Shown here one piece after another: positions 24,760 to 37,419 of a DNA stretch of 64,000 nt (the first letter of the stretch is position 1; each line of letters starts with the position of its first letter). The translations under genes and the position numbers were made by a program. Under the pieces are notes generated by a model, which saw nothing but the letters and a program-made list of their open reading frames with translations, had not been told where the DNA came from and did no database searches. This stretch comes from Octopus sinensis (Eukaryota). The DNA is taken from the NCBI RefSeq assembly GCF_006345805.1, contig NC_042997.1, positions 154,008,001-154,072,000 of the forward strand, read 5' to 3'.

Positions 24760-26199
24760 TATAGTCTCAAAATTTAGTTAAGTACTTTGGGGTGTTAATT
24801 AGTAATTTAGTAAGAGTTCTCTTCAGATCCCTAAAATACATAATAGACCAAAGGGAAATAAACCTTAGGACTTCCAGACACCAACTACTACTCAGTGAGT
24901 ACTTGGTGCTTTTTATATGATACCAGCACTAGTGAGGTCACCAAAACAAAGACAAATGAGCAGGGTAGTAGTAATTTCCAATATACTCTGCAAAATGGTT
25001 TGTGTTAGGAAGGGCAATCAACCATAGAAACCATGTCACAAATGGAATGTTATGAATGAGATATGGATCTCCAACCTATCTAGAGGGGCAGTAACTCCAA
25101 TAGGTAGCCTCCTTTCATCTTGATGCCCCATCCAATCCATGCCAGATTGAAAAGAAGATATAAAAATGATGACGACAATGATGATTATGACATCCAGCAA
25201 CCGTCTGCATAGTTTCCATCAACCAAATTTTATTCATATGGCACCTGTTGACCCATGGCTATCGTAGCATACACTTTCTGAATTATCATGTAGTAGGATC
25301 AAACCTAGAAGCAGTTGATTGTGAAGTGAATTCCTTAATCACATGACCATGTATAAGTGATATATATATATATGTATAAATATATTTATATAAATGTATA
25401 TATCATTCATATATATCATAAAGCACATATTTATAAAAAATCTTAACATATAAAATATCAATTCACATTTCAAGTTCTTTGCATGTTATGTTCAATCTTT
25501 TCGTCATACTGGAGGGAGAAAGCAAAGACTGTACTGAGAGAGGTGAAAGCAAAAGAAAAGAAAGCTATAACAGAGAATAACAGATTAGAATAGATAGAGA
25601 GGTTGGAGTGCTAGTGAGACAAACAGTTGTGCAAGTACACAATTAAATATAAGGAGAGGTGGAAAAATAGTGAGAGATGAAACATACTGTAAGAGAGAAG
25701 TGGAAAGACGCTAAAGAGGGAAGATTAGAGATATAATGGGAGCAAGAGAGAAAGATCCATGTATGATATTGAAGTGAATGTGACAAGAAGATGTTGGGAC
25801 ATGAAGAAGAGAGGTAGAGGCAGATTTTCATTGACAGAAAAAGGTGAAACACACACACACATAAATACATACAGGTCATCGTCAACTCACAACCACAATT
25901 GGTTCCAACTGACTGGAAAAGTCCAAAGAAGGAAAAGAAATTGCCAACAGGACATGTGTAATTACACACACACACACATTAACATATGTGTGTGTGTGTA
26001 TGTGTTATAGGGAGGAAGGGTAGAAGTGAATTATGATAGTGAATCAGTGAGACTAATGAAGGATTGTGAAGAGAGATAAGAAAAATAAGTGTGAAGATAA
26101 CAATTGAGATTAAATGAAACTGGGGAGAAAATGGAGCAATGTTTGATAAACATTAAGAATTACTGAGAGGAAGCAGGAAGAAACACCATCATTTTTACA

Positions 26200-27027
26200 T
26201 GTATTCTGCTAGTTTATGCACATTGTTTGTTTTCGATTTTGTTGACTACATAGTATAGTAGGGTCAGTTGGGCACCGTCTTTGAGAAAAACAGCACCATG
26301 ATGCAATTCACTCTGCCAGAAATTTGGAAACGACATGCTGTACTGCTTAGCATTCAAGCAGGAAGCTCCAATAAGAAAATTTCAGAGTGTTTGGGTGACA
26401 ATATGAGGACATGTGCCAAGAGTGATAAAAATCAAACATCCAGTCAACATCATAGTGTTTGGAGTGATCACTAGTGATGGTGACGTTATGTCTCCACTCA
26501 TTTTCTCACACGGTTTCAGACTCAACACAGAGGCCTACATCAAGTGCTTGAAGGAGGTAGTGCTGTCCTGGGTCAAGAGGGTGGCTGCTGGAAGACCCTA
26601 TGTCTAGTAACAGAACTCTGCACCATGTCACACAAGCAGGAGAACCCAGTCATGGCTGTCAGACAATTTCTGTGACCACATCACCCCTAACATCTGGCTG
26701 CCTAACTCCCCATACTGCAAGCCCGTTGATTATTATGTGAGGAGTGCAGTTGAGCAAGTGACCAACAAAACTCCTTATAACACCAAAGATGAACTGAAGG
26801 CACAGATTATGGCAGCATTGACCAACTTAAACAAGGAGGAGACCGTCCAGAAGAGTTGTAGGAGATTCCGAAGTCGTCTGGAGGTTGTAATTGAAGCCAC
26901 TGGCGATTTTACTGAATAAATTTACTCTTTAGTATTTGTATGTAATTTTGGTAAATATATCTGTTCAAATGAAATGTCAGTGTTATTTTCATTTTTGCGT
27001 AATTTAGACAACAGTTTATTCACTGCA

Positions 27028-27030
<3 letters not shown>
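26200..27030 (+). mobile_element. Internally deleted Tc1/mariner element
   Basis: VFGVITSDGDVMSP, LNTEAYIKCLKEVV, NTKDELKAQIMAAL, RFRSRLEVVIEATGDF; right end aatttagacaacagtttattcac shared with the 5908-8104 copy. Confidence 0.85.
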
Positions 27031-27092
<62 letters not shown>

Positions 27093-27106
27093 AGATGTGT
27101 GTGGTC

Positions 27107-27140
<34 letters not shown>

Positions 27141-27256
27141 AATTTAAAATGAGGGTGAGAAATTAGATATTAATTTAATTAACACCGATTTCACACCAGT
27201 GGTCTAGCATAAAAAAACTGAAGGTTCAGTAAAATTGTATTATATATATATATTAG

Positions 27257-27347
27257 AGGGAAACCACTATGTGGACACCCTTATGCTAGAAATAGATCTG
27301 TAGCGGATCTATTTCTAGCATAAGGGTGTCCACATAGTGGTTTCCCT
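27257..27347. repeat. Perfect 42-bp inverted repeat with 7-nt loop
   Basis: 27257-27298 is the exact reverse complement of 27306-27347; flanked by (TA)n. Confidence 0.95.
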
Positions 27348-29048
27348 TTTATATATATATATCATGAAGTATATTTGCCACCTAAATGTGGTTAACCCTT
27401 AAAGGTTGATGCCACTGTTGCTTGTAGCCCCAGGAAGACATCTCCTCCAGCTGGCTCGATAGATATTTATATATATATAGTGTTCTACAATACTCTGGTT
27501 ATATGGATGTACACATCAACACATAATTTTTCTGTATAGATGAGAACATCTTTTCAATTGTTTTTCCATAACTTTTTGTATGAATAATCCTTGACACCAC
27601 ACCTTTGGGCACAGATTGAATGTTTGAAACATAAACCTGCATGCCATTTGCCATGCAGCTGTTATACAGATCTGAGTGAACAGAACTATGATCAAAAGTG
27701 TTCCACCCATGACCATCCCATCTCTTTCTGATTCAGGGCATTTAGGAGTACTTAATTCAATATGCCCTTTTTTTCTTAAGATGGCAGCATGTAACTGGAA
27801 ACGGATTTGGTTGCTAATCTAAGAGGCTGATAACCACACTGAGGTTCCTTTACAATCTAAATTCTCATGATAAGATTTAGAGAGACAAAATATGTTTTTC
27901 ATTTGTCTGCTCTCCAGCTATAAAGGAGATACACAAAAGGAACTCAGCTGATTACTAAAGATTTATTGAAAGAGGGTTGCAAATCCATTATAGAGAAATT
28001 TGTGTTGTGGTTATTTTGGCAAAGATATGAGTCATGTACCTGTTTGGAATAGGTTGGAAAAAAAACAGTAATTTTAGGATGATTACAGTAGTCGTTGCAT
28101 ATGTTTCTGAGTTGCAAGATGTGTGTACATGTACAAAGGACTTGATGAAATTCAGGTCAGTTTTAATTTAATAATCAGCTTAAGTAATTAACATATAATG
28201 TTTCAGATTTGTAAGCCATGATTTCACTTCACAAGTGTTGCAAGTTATTAAGTAAAAAGTATTTCCTTTTTTTTTTGTTTCAATCTACTAAGATAGTAAA
28301 ATCAATCTAGATTTGAGAGTGGTTTTTATAGGAAGACATCTATGTATTTAATAAATGCTGCATACATCCATGCCTATATCTGAATTTGCATACCTATCCA
28401 ACTGACAGCAGTATGAACAAATTAGGCATAAAAATCAATTCATGTCACTGAGTTGGATAAAACAAAACAATAAGGAAAGATGTAAATTCTTTAAAATATC
28501 TATCTTAAATTTTATAGGAAAGATAGCTCAAGAGGATTAGTACTGAAAGAGAATTGTCTTGCAAACATAATTTATGGAAACAACAGTTAGAAAATGAAAA
28601 CCTTGAAGAATATCTGGTATCAAAACATGTCATATAGTGTTCTAATACTTAAGAAATCACAGACATCATCAATTTAGAAACTCTGCCAACTGATTCATTG
28701 TTGGCCAATTTTGGCTTGGAGCTGAGAAAAAAATAATGATAATATTAATAACTATCAAACATTTCATGATACAAAAAATCGTATTTCTTAGTTCAGACAA
28801 AAATATTGATGCCATAATGATTTTCTTCAACAATGATTATAGCTGAATGTCTACTGAACAAAAAATGATAACCTGAATTTAGAAATAGTATCATTTCATA
28901 ATTTTGTTTTTAAATTCCAAACATGAGATCAATGACATTTTTGATCACTCAAACAATTCTATCGTACACAACAAAATTTTAAAAATTAACTTATACCCAG
29001 AAAAACAATACCTAAAGATCCTTGATCCACTTCCTAAACAGATCTCAC

Positions 29049-29096
29049 CGGTCTCAGAAAGCTTCCAAAGGCTGTGGGAACAACAGCCTCTTCTTC
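29049..29096 (-). other. Candidate 48-nt exon immediately downstream of the phosphatase ORF
   Basis: Acceptor ttttgtcag and donor CCG|gtgaga; frame-preserving length (EEEAVVPTAFGSFLRP or RRGCCSHSLWKLSET). Confidence 0.3.
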
Positions 29097-29153
29097 CTGA
29101 CAAAATTTTTTTTTTTTAAATTCGTTTTCTGTATGTTGAAGCTCAACGCATCA

Positions 29154-30731
29154 TTATATGCGGTTTGTTAACTTTTTCGTGCAAAATACATATATGTGCT
29201 TCTTTGTGAGGTATAGAAGCAGGAAGCCAGATGCCATGAATATGTACAAAATGTAAGTACGAACTTTCTCTGAATATGCTCCAGTTTGAGAAAGATTGTT
29301 CAGTTCTTCTAAACTCATATGCCTGGCTGCGTACACTGATTTATCTGGAAATATACCTTTCAAACTATATGGACCGTGTTTTGATTTTATCAACCACATT
29401 CGGTCCATTAGCTGATTATTATTAACATAAAAGACTTCCCAGAAGACATGACTCTTGTTGAAAACATTCAAACGTCCAAATGATTCTTTTTTATGCTGTG
29501 TAGTTGCAAAAGCTGACCAATGTTCACGAAATGATGAAATAGAATCAACGATATAGTTATAACCAAATGTTCCTATCACAATATGAACAGGACCTGGGGC
29601 ATCTTTATAATTATAAGCCAGAACTCGTTTTTGATAAATAGGCCATGTTCTTTCATAACAATGTTCATGTCCACTGAGAATGAGATCAACTCCATATGTA
29701 AATAAAATCTTTTCAAGAGCGGCCCGAACTTTTGAATTGTCTGAAGCACAATCTTCCATCAAATTCTCAGCAGAGCAATACAGAGGTCTATGCGCAAGAA
29801 CAAAGATCCAAGGTACTTGTTCCCGATTTGCATTCGCTTTAATCAAATCATTTTTCAGCCAATCTAGTTGGTCCTTCATTGCAAGATCATTTCTCATAAA
29901 ATGTTCTGTTTCTAAAGAAATTACATGAACAACACCAATATCTAAACTGTACCAGAGTTGATTACTTAATGCTGGCCAATCTTGGTTCGGAACTGAAAAT
30001 CGATGTCGATAATGTTCATAATTGTCAAATGATTCATGATCGCCCGGTACAGTGAGGTACGGGATACGAGAGACCATATTTTTAAGTTTAGATAAAAATA
30101 TGTCTCCAACGATGCCATCATTTGATGCTAGGTTATAAGCAATGTCCCCAATGTGAAAAATCGAAGTGTACCTGTTGTTTATAGATTCTTGGACAACATA
30201 CGGTATGCCCCCCGAACGCGTACCCATGTCAGCGAATACAAGAAAAGATTGTGTAATACTACTTGAAGTAGGTGATTGCGGTACTGTGAACGATTCGATT
30301 GGATCAAGGTATGAATTAGATTTATTCTGGCGTATGATCTGATAGTAATATGTGTTCTCGGGTAGAAGGTTAGACAAAACAACTCGGTGAAAAAATCTTT
30401 TCTTTGCCGAGTTGAACTGAACTGTTTTACCGATAGAAATCTGAGAGAGAAGACTTTTTGCAAATCCATATCTAACACGAGGTGGAATGTTTTTATCGTA
30501 GTCAAGGTTTGTAGAGCACCATAAAATACAAATTTGGTTTGTTTTGTTACCAAATGAAATGTGAACTGTTCTCACCTCGGATATACTGTTATAAGTTTCT
30601 TTTGGTTTCATGATGGAATGCTGAATAGAAATATCAATGAAGAAAAGTAACCAAAAGAGAGAAAACCGACTTTCCAACATGTTGTATTCCCTCAGAATCA
30701 ACCGGCGGAAAACAGGGAAATGAAATGACAC
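29154..30731 (-). CDS. ACP7: Purple acid phosphatase, acid phosphatase type 7 (ACP7/PAPL)-like, single-exon ORF of 525 aa
   Basis: Five PAP motifs in order (ADMG, GDIAY, GDHE, VLAH, GHEH); N-terminal FN3-like PAP domain (VHISFG...HRVVLSNLLPENTYYY); hydrophobic N-terminus (a second Met at codon 18 is a possible start); C-terminal hydrophobic stretch ILYIFMASGFLLLYL. Confidence 0.92.
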   Translation of the reverse strand: MSFHFPVFRRLILREYNMLESRFSLFWLLFFIDISIQHSIMKPKETYNSISEVRTVHISFGNKTNQICILWCSTNLDYDKNIPPRVRYGFAKSLLSQISIGKTVQFNSAKKRFFHRVVLSNLLPENTYYYQIIRQNKSNSYLDPIESFTVPQSPTSSSITQSFLVFADMGTRSGGIPYVVQESINNRYTSIFHIGDIAYNLASNDGIVGDIFLSKLKNMVSRIPYLTVPGDHESFDNYEHYRHRFSVPNQDWPALSNQLWYSLDIGVVHVISLETEHFMRNDLAMKDQLDWLKNDLIKANANREQVPWIFVLAHRPLYCSAENLMEDCASDNSKVRAALEKILFTYGVDLILSGHEHCYERTWPIYQKRVLAYNYKDAPGPVHIVIGTFGYNYIVDSISSFREHWSAFATTQHKKESFGRLNVFNKSHVFWEVFYVNNNQLMDRMWLIKSKHGPYSLKGIFPDKSVYAARHMSLEELNNLSQTGAYSEKVRTYILYIFMASGFLLLYLTKKHIYVFCTKKLTNRI

Positions 30732-32354
30732 ATGTTAAGTCGAGGAGGATAACAAATAAAGTTCAGTGAAACCTAGTGTTACAGAAGGAGAAACGTGGAA
30801 AACGAAACGAAACAGTAGTAATTTAACAAAACAAACTATACAAGGAAACGAAAAGCATGAAACACAAAATAATCGAAAGTGGAAATACTGGAAAACCCTT
30901 TTATTTAAAGAAAATAGTGAAAAAAAGGTTATTCACATTCAAATACAAAAGTAAAATCTAATACTGAAATTAATTTCACTTTTCTACATAGATTATGTTC
31001 CTAACAAATTTAGCTTCTTCTATTTATGTGGAAGTGTTGTTGACTTCAGAAAGAAAAAAATATATACACGTAAGGAATTTAATAAAATTGTTCTTTAGCA
31101 TTGAACTAATATTTAAAAAAACTGAACTGCATGATAAAAAATTGTTGTTAATTAGAGCAGGGAAACGAAATGGTCGAAATATATTGAACTATTTTTATAA
31201 TGAAATCAAGAAATGTTGACGGATTTGATAATTAAAGGGAGTTAACTCTCATCTTAACTGTGTCAATTACAGATACGCATTTAACAATTGTTATTTTTTT
31301 ATTATTATCATTATAAATAAAGTAATCATTATTATTTCAAAACTTGTAAATCGGTGCAATAGATACATGGTTATAATTAATCAACAGTTCACATTTACTT
31401 TGGTAACAAAACAAACCAAATTTACCAACTTTCTGTCTGAAATGCAGTAAGTTGATTCTGAGAGAATACAATATGTCAGAGATATTGTTTCTAGGTTAGA
31501 AATGTATTAATATTGTCATCAATGTATTAATAATGAAAATGTTAGACATATAAGAAATCAGTTTAAATCGCTTCTCACAGTCCTTCCATCATTAAAGCTC
31601 TTTGAAAGGTAAGCTCCTCACATCCACATCATTTCTACATATCTCGTGCATAGGAATGAATTTGTAAAATTTATATAGTTTATTTCATAATAATAATTTA
31701 AAAGTCCACTTTTCAATGTTTGCACAGATCAGACAGAGTTTGTTGAGGTGGATTTTCTGTGGCTGGATGCCTTTCCTGTTGCCAAACTTCACCTGTTTCC
31801 AAGCAGGGTAATATTTCCCTATGGCCAGACTTGTTTTCGCACAATGTTCAAAATGAATGACACAGCTTGTATTATAGCGACAATCATTTTACAGCTCTCA
31901 CATGATGTCAAGATAAGGACATGCACATACATTCGTGCACAACAGGCTTCTTTCCGCTTCCATCTACCAAATTCACTCACAAGGATTTAGTTGATCTGAA
32001 GCTATAGTAGAAGACACTTGCTGAGGAGCTACACAGTGAACTGAACTCAGAACCATGCAATTTGGAAATAAACTTCTTATCAGACAACCATGCCTGCACC
32101 TATATTTTTGTAGAAATATAATAGATAACAATGTTAGACATAATTAAAATTTCTTGGCTCAAGTATGGCTCAAATATGTTAGCACCCAGTTAACCTTGAG
32201 TATTTCCCCATTGTTATACTTTCATATTACTGTAAATATGTGCCCAATACACTCACCACAGCAAAAGACAAAAAAAACAACAACAAAAAAAAAGCAACAA
32301 CAACATTTTTCTACATATATATTTTCTACATATATATTTTCTGATATTCTTCTG

Positions 32355-32775
32355 TTTACTCTTTACTCTCTCTTTTACTCTTTTACTTGTTTCAGTCATT
32401 TGACTGCGGCCATGCTGGAGCACTGCCTTTAATCGAGCAACTCGACCCCGGGACTTATTCTTTTGTAAGCCCAGTACTTATTCTATCGGTCTCTTTTGCC
32501 GAACCGCTAAGTAACGGGGACATAAACACACCAGCATCGGTTGTCAAGCAATGTTAGGGGGACAAACAGCAGACACACAAACACACACATGCACATATAT
32601 ATACATATATACGACGGGCTTCTTTCAGTTTCCGTCTACCAAATCCACTCACAAGGCTTTGGTCGGCCCGAGGCTATAGTAGAAGACACTTGCCCAAGGT
32701 GCCACACAGTGGGACTGAATCCGGGAACCATGTGGTTGGTAAACAAGCTACTTACCACACAGCCACTCCTGCGTC
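32355..32775 (-). mobile_element. SINE family A
   Basis: Full-length match to the other copies. Confidence 0.9.
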
Positions 32776-33132
32776 TATATTTATTTATTTATTTCTGATT
32801 AGAGGATTCTTTTAGTTTATAATTACAAAATGTAAGTGACAAGTTACAGTAAGAAATTGACATTAAAAATTTAAATTTTTTTTAAAAAAGAAAACAAAAA
32901 CGATTCAGAATTGTATCCTCCATAATTTTTAAATGCAGACTTCAATAATAAAAAAATTTAATTAATTAAAATTAAAAAATCAAAGACTTTAGAATAAAAA
33001 TAAAAAAACAGTTGGCAGGGGGCAAAATTAAACATGTTTAAAGGGTGTTGGTTTTTTGGTTTTTTTTTTCTTTTTTGTAGGGGGAAATCATCATCTCTGT
33101 TGTTGAAAACAGATAAATCTGATGAAAGAGAA

Positions 33133-33360
33133 GGCGGTGAGCTGGCAGAATCGTTAGCATGCCGGGCAAAATGCCTAGCGGTATTTTGCCCATCGCTATG
33201 TTCTGAGTTCAAATTCCGCCAAGGTCAACTTTGCCTTTTATCTCTTCAGGGTCAATTAAATAAGTACTAGTTATGCACTGGGGTCAATATAATCGACTTA
33301 ATCCATTTGTCTGTCCTTGTTTGTCCCCTCTGTGTTTAGCCCCTTGTGGGTAGTAAAGAA
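33133..33360 (+). mobile_element. SINE family B
   Basis: Head ggcggtgagctggcagaatcgttagc and tail agccccttgtggg...aaagaa. Confidence 0.85.
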
Positions 33361-33383
33361 AGAAGAATCTGAAGAAAGTGTGT

Positions 33384-33430
<47 letters not shown>

Positions 33431-34289
33431 CATGCATTGAATGATGCTTGGCACGACCACTTGAACATTGCTGTATAGTGTTCATCATATTTCTGCTGAT
33501 CTTTGGACCTTTGCAGGTGAGTGTAATTGAAGTGGTTCATTGTTCATGAACAGGTAGAATTGTTGTATTTGGTGAAAAAAAAAAAAAAAAATTTGCATCC
33601 TTTACATTTTTTGTATGTTGTCAATTATTACCAAGTTGAGTTAATGGGCATGGTAGTGGACACATGAACTGCAAATGGGACAACGGCACACAGTTTCACA
33701 TGACTACAACCTCATAAGTGAGGCACCATTGTAGCATTGGCAACTAATAAATGGCCATTATCATCAATAAAGTTCCATACAGACAATATATACTTCAGAT
33801 GCTGCTTAATATCCAATATTTTCTCTGCTAATATTGTCAAAAACATAGTGCAAAATGAGTGAGAACTGTTTAGTTTATGAAAATGGCCTTGGTTTCATCT
33901 ACACCTCATGCTAAAGTGCCTAAGTTAGAAACAGCTCAAACCTTTTGTATGTGTGTATGTGCATATGTGTGCATGCATGCATGTGTGTGTGCATGCATGC
34001 ATGTGTGTGTGCATGCATGTGTACATGTATGCATGTGTGTGTGTTACTAATGCCATGATAGAAAGAAACTCATCCTGAATGTTGTAATGTAAGTATTTTT
34101 CATTTTGTGGCCCCTTCCATCATACACTGCTTGATGATTTCAGGCTCATTATTCTTCACACATTGATAAGCCCTTGTCCACCATGTCCATGCCAGAAAAA
34201 TCTGGTGCTACACTGTTTAATCATAAAACAGAGGCAAAAAATGGGTATGTTGTGCCTATATCATAAGCGGAAAGTGTAACCTCTTGAAA

Positions 34290-34590
34290 GAGCTGTTCTT
34301 CACTCCTGCTCCAGAGTGTAGGCTGCAGGGTCACTCCGAAAAGCTCTATCTGCGACGGTTTCATCTCAATCGAAGGAGAGGGGCTTTCTCCGTCTGGGTT
34401 GCGGATCCGTGGAATAAGCTGCCGGACGAGATAGTGAAGATGCCGACGACCACTCAGTTCAAAGTCTCTCTTGACCAGAAATGGCCTGAACTCTTTGCAT
34501 GAACACCCCTGAACATAACTCCATGTCCCCCTACATGGCCTTGCTTTTTGCTTTTTGAGCCCAAAAATTAACCTAACCATTTTCATGAAC
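34290..34590 (+). mobile_element. CR1-type LINE 3' fragment
   Basis: GHSEKLYLRRFHLNRRRGAFS...WNKLPDEIV...FKVSLDQKW, the typical CR1 ORF2 end. Confidence 0.8.
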
Positions 34591-34649
34591 TTCTTTTCAT
34601 AAGTTTCATTGGTCATAAATAGTGAAAATGTATTCTTTTTTTCAAAAAA

Positions 34650-36650
34650 TGATTGGTAGTCACTCCAAGCAGAAATAGCTGTAATATGGAATTAAAAGGT
34701 TCTGATGCTTATCCAAAACACCCTTTTGTTCAGAAGTATGCTTCTCATTGAGAAAGCTTGTCTTAGAGAATGCTTACACATATGCTATTTTTTATTTATC
34801 TGGTGGTAAAAACAATATATTTGCATATTCTGATATGCTTTATTTCATCTATGAATGGGATTTCAAAAACTCCGAACTGAGTGAATACTAAATATTTCAT
34901 TCAACTTGAATACTTCTTCTCTATGGCTTCGTCTCCATGAAGTGATAAGTCAAAGTTCATTTCAAGATCTTCAAGTAGTCAATGGTGAAGTTTGTATTAT
35001 CAACAGAGATGCCTGCTTTGCATTTTGATTGGTGGAGATTGGTATCCGGTAGTATGTAACATTACCAGAAGATTCTGCATCTCAAATACAGCTAAAAGTT
35101 TTGGTTTATTTATGCTATGTTGTTAAAATACTGTAGACCATCCAATCCACTTTAGCCTTAACTTACATGTCACTGATAAAGATTTAATATATATTAAATA
35201 TATATTAACCCTGGAATGGAAATAGGATACACAAGTGAACTTTACAATATAGCTCTTATCAACATAGAAGACAAAGTCAATAACATAAAGGACGAAAACT
35301 TTAAAAATACACCCCCACCTCAACCTAATAACACTCAAGTCAATCAAACTATCAACAGAAGTTCAGGGAGAAACATAACACCATTTGACACTAGAATTAT
35401 TTTTATCAATGACTATGAACCCAAGCTTACTGCAGGAAAGAGGGCAGTCTATTTTTGGTAAAGTTCAGTAATGAGTGACTGTAATTTGCTTTCTAATACT
35501 CCTGGGGAAACTGGAAAGAAATTCCTGAGCATTCTGTTGCTTGTCAAAATTAAAGCAATATAAAAGCATAGCTATTGCATTTGCTTCTTCATCCATTGCT
35601 GTCTCACAGCACATTCTGTTTTGAAGCTCCTCTTAGACTTGTGCACATGCTTGCAACATTGCCAAGAATGCAAGAATTGGAACCAAAAATTCTAAATGAT
35701 TGTCTGAGATGAATGGACAATGATATACAAGAGTACTCTGGATGGTGTAGACAAGACTTTGTAGGACTTATGTGACAATAAATCTCAGATGGGAGGTGTT
35801 GTCATGTTCCTTCTTTCAGATCCCTTTACCTACCCCAAAAGAAGAAAAGCTGATGAAATAATTGCTTGCCTTAAATAGCCATTGATTTTGAACAAAGTTA
35901 AATTCTTCAATCTGTCTACAAACATGAGGGTCCACCTTTTTTGAGATCAGCTGTTATTTGAGTTTTCCAAAAAATTTTTTACAAGTATGATAGGGAAGAT
36001 TTCCTTTAAATTGTATTAGCATCACTAATCCAGTAGGGAGACAGTAAATGAATAGATATCAATGATATCCACTTAACTTCAATATCATTTCATAAAACAC
36101 TTATGACTGTGTGAAAGAGCTATACTTACAGCCCAAAGATGTTATAGTTAACAGTATCAACTGACAGCTATTGCTGGCACTGTCACAACATAGTCATTGT
36201 TATATACAAATAATGTTGTGGATAAAGAAGACATACTTCCTTATTCTGCAGCAAGTCTACCACCACATAGAATTCAGCTACAAAAAAGGGATTCCCAATA
36301 ATGCTGCTGTATAATTTAGAACAGTTGCCACTGTAGCATGGTACAAGATTAATGAATTAGGAAACTTATGCTACATGTCATCAAAGCTACTTTCTCACTG
36401 AGGGGATTAATGGAGAGGATCCAATTTTATTCAGAATTCCATTCATAACTCTTAGGTATTCCCCTTTGATTTAGAAGACTTCCGTTTCCAGTATACCTAA
36501 GCTTTACTACATCCCAAGGGTAAGTAATACAAGTTGCTGGACAACATATTGAGGATTCCTGCTTTGCTAATGGTCAATTTTATGAAAAATGCTCAAGAGT
36601 TGGAAACTGTCCCTACCTCATAATCTGTTGGTACTTGTCTCTGTCTCATC
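34650..36650 (+). mobile_element. Helitron Rep/PIF1-helicase pseudogene remnant
   Basis: Degenerate motifs: RDAC...TLPE (about 35005), AIAFASSSIA (about 35572), MGGVVM, DEIIACL, TNMRVHL (about 35920), CFANGQFY..SRVG (about 36560). Confidence 0.75.
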
Positions 36651-36852
36651 TCCATCCAAGATGGATATGAATACCAATGTACTCATGTGGCAGGTTTGAT
36701 AAATCTTGAGAGATTTCTTTCTACATGAAACCATTGATAGCCTTGCTAACCCACAAATAAAGTATATTTATACACCAATGTGGTGTTCAGCACACATTCT
36801 CACTGTTGATATCAGCGTATGTACACACACACATACATGCATATACATACCT

Positions 36853-36896
<44 letters not shown>

Positions 36897-37419
36897 GTAT
36901 ATGTAAAAAATACAAACTGGGACAAGAACACAAAACATTTAGAAGATGATACAGAAAACGTGTATTTGTGAGTGTGTGTGTATGTGCATGCATGTTTGTG
37001 TGTGTGTGCATAAACAATTGCATGGTCATACATAGATAATTATATGAATGCATTTATATGAGGTATTATATATAAGTATTAAATATACATATAGATATAT
37101 AAATATGCACATGCATATGCACATGCATATGCACATGAAAGCACAGATATACATAGTTTCATATCTATACATATATGCATATATGTAGGTGTACATACAT
37201 GTACATATATATGTGTACATGCATACAGAATATATACATACTTACTCGTATGTGTAAATGTATGCATGTGAATGTGTATACATTTAGAAAACTTCAACAG
37301 GAGGAATACACATATAAACAGCAGTAATATTCATATAAACATTAGGCTTTGTTTCCTGTGTACACCACATGAAGATAATTGTACATGTGTGAATGTGTAC
37401 AAATACACCCACAATAATA

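Noticed and set aside
27500-27850. Possible MULE transposase remnant (MGGTLLIIVLFTQ) on the minus strand
   Set aside because: Similarity is too weak and the catalytic Asp is absent; it cannot be supported without a profile search.
31581-34088. Short plus-strand exon candidates (31581-31608, donor at 33514, about 34062-34088)
   Set aside because: Splice-like words alone are expected by chance in 64 kb of AT-rich DNA; the peptides are uninformative.
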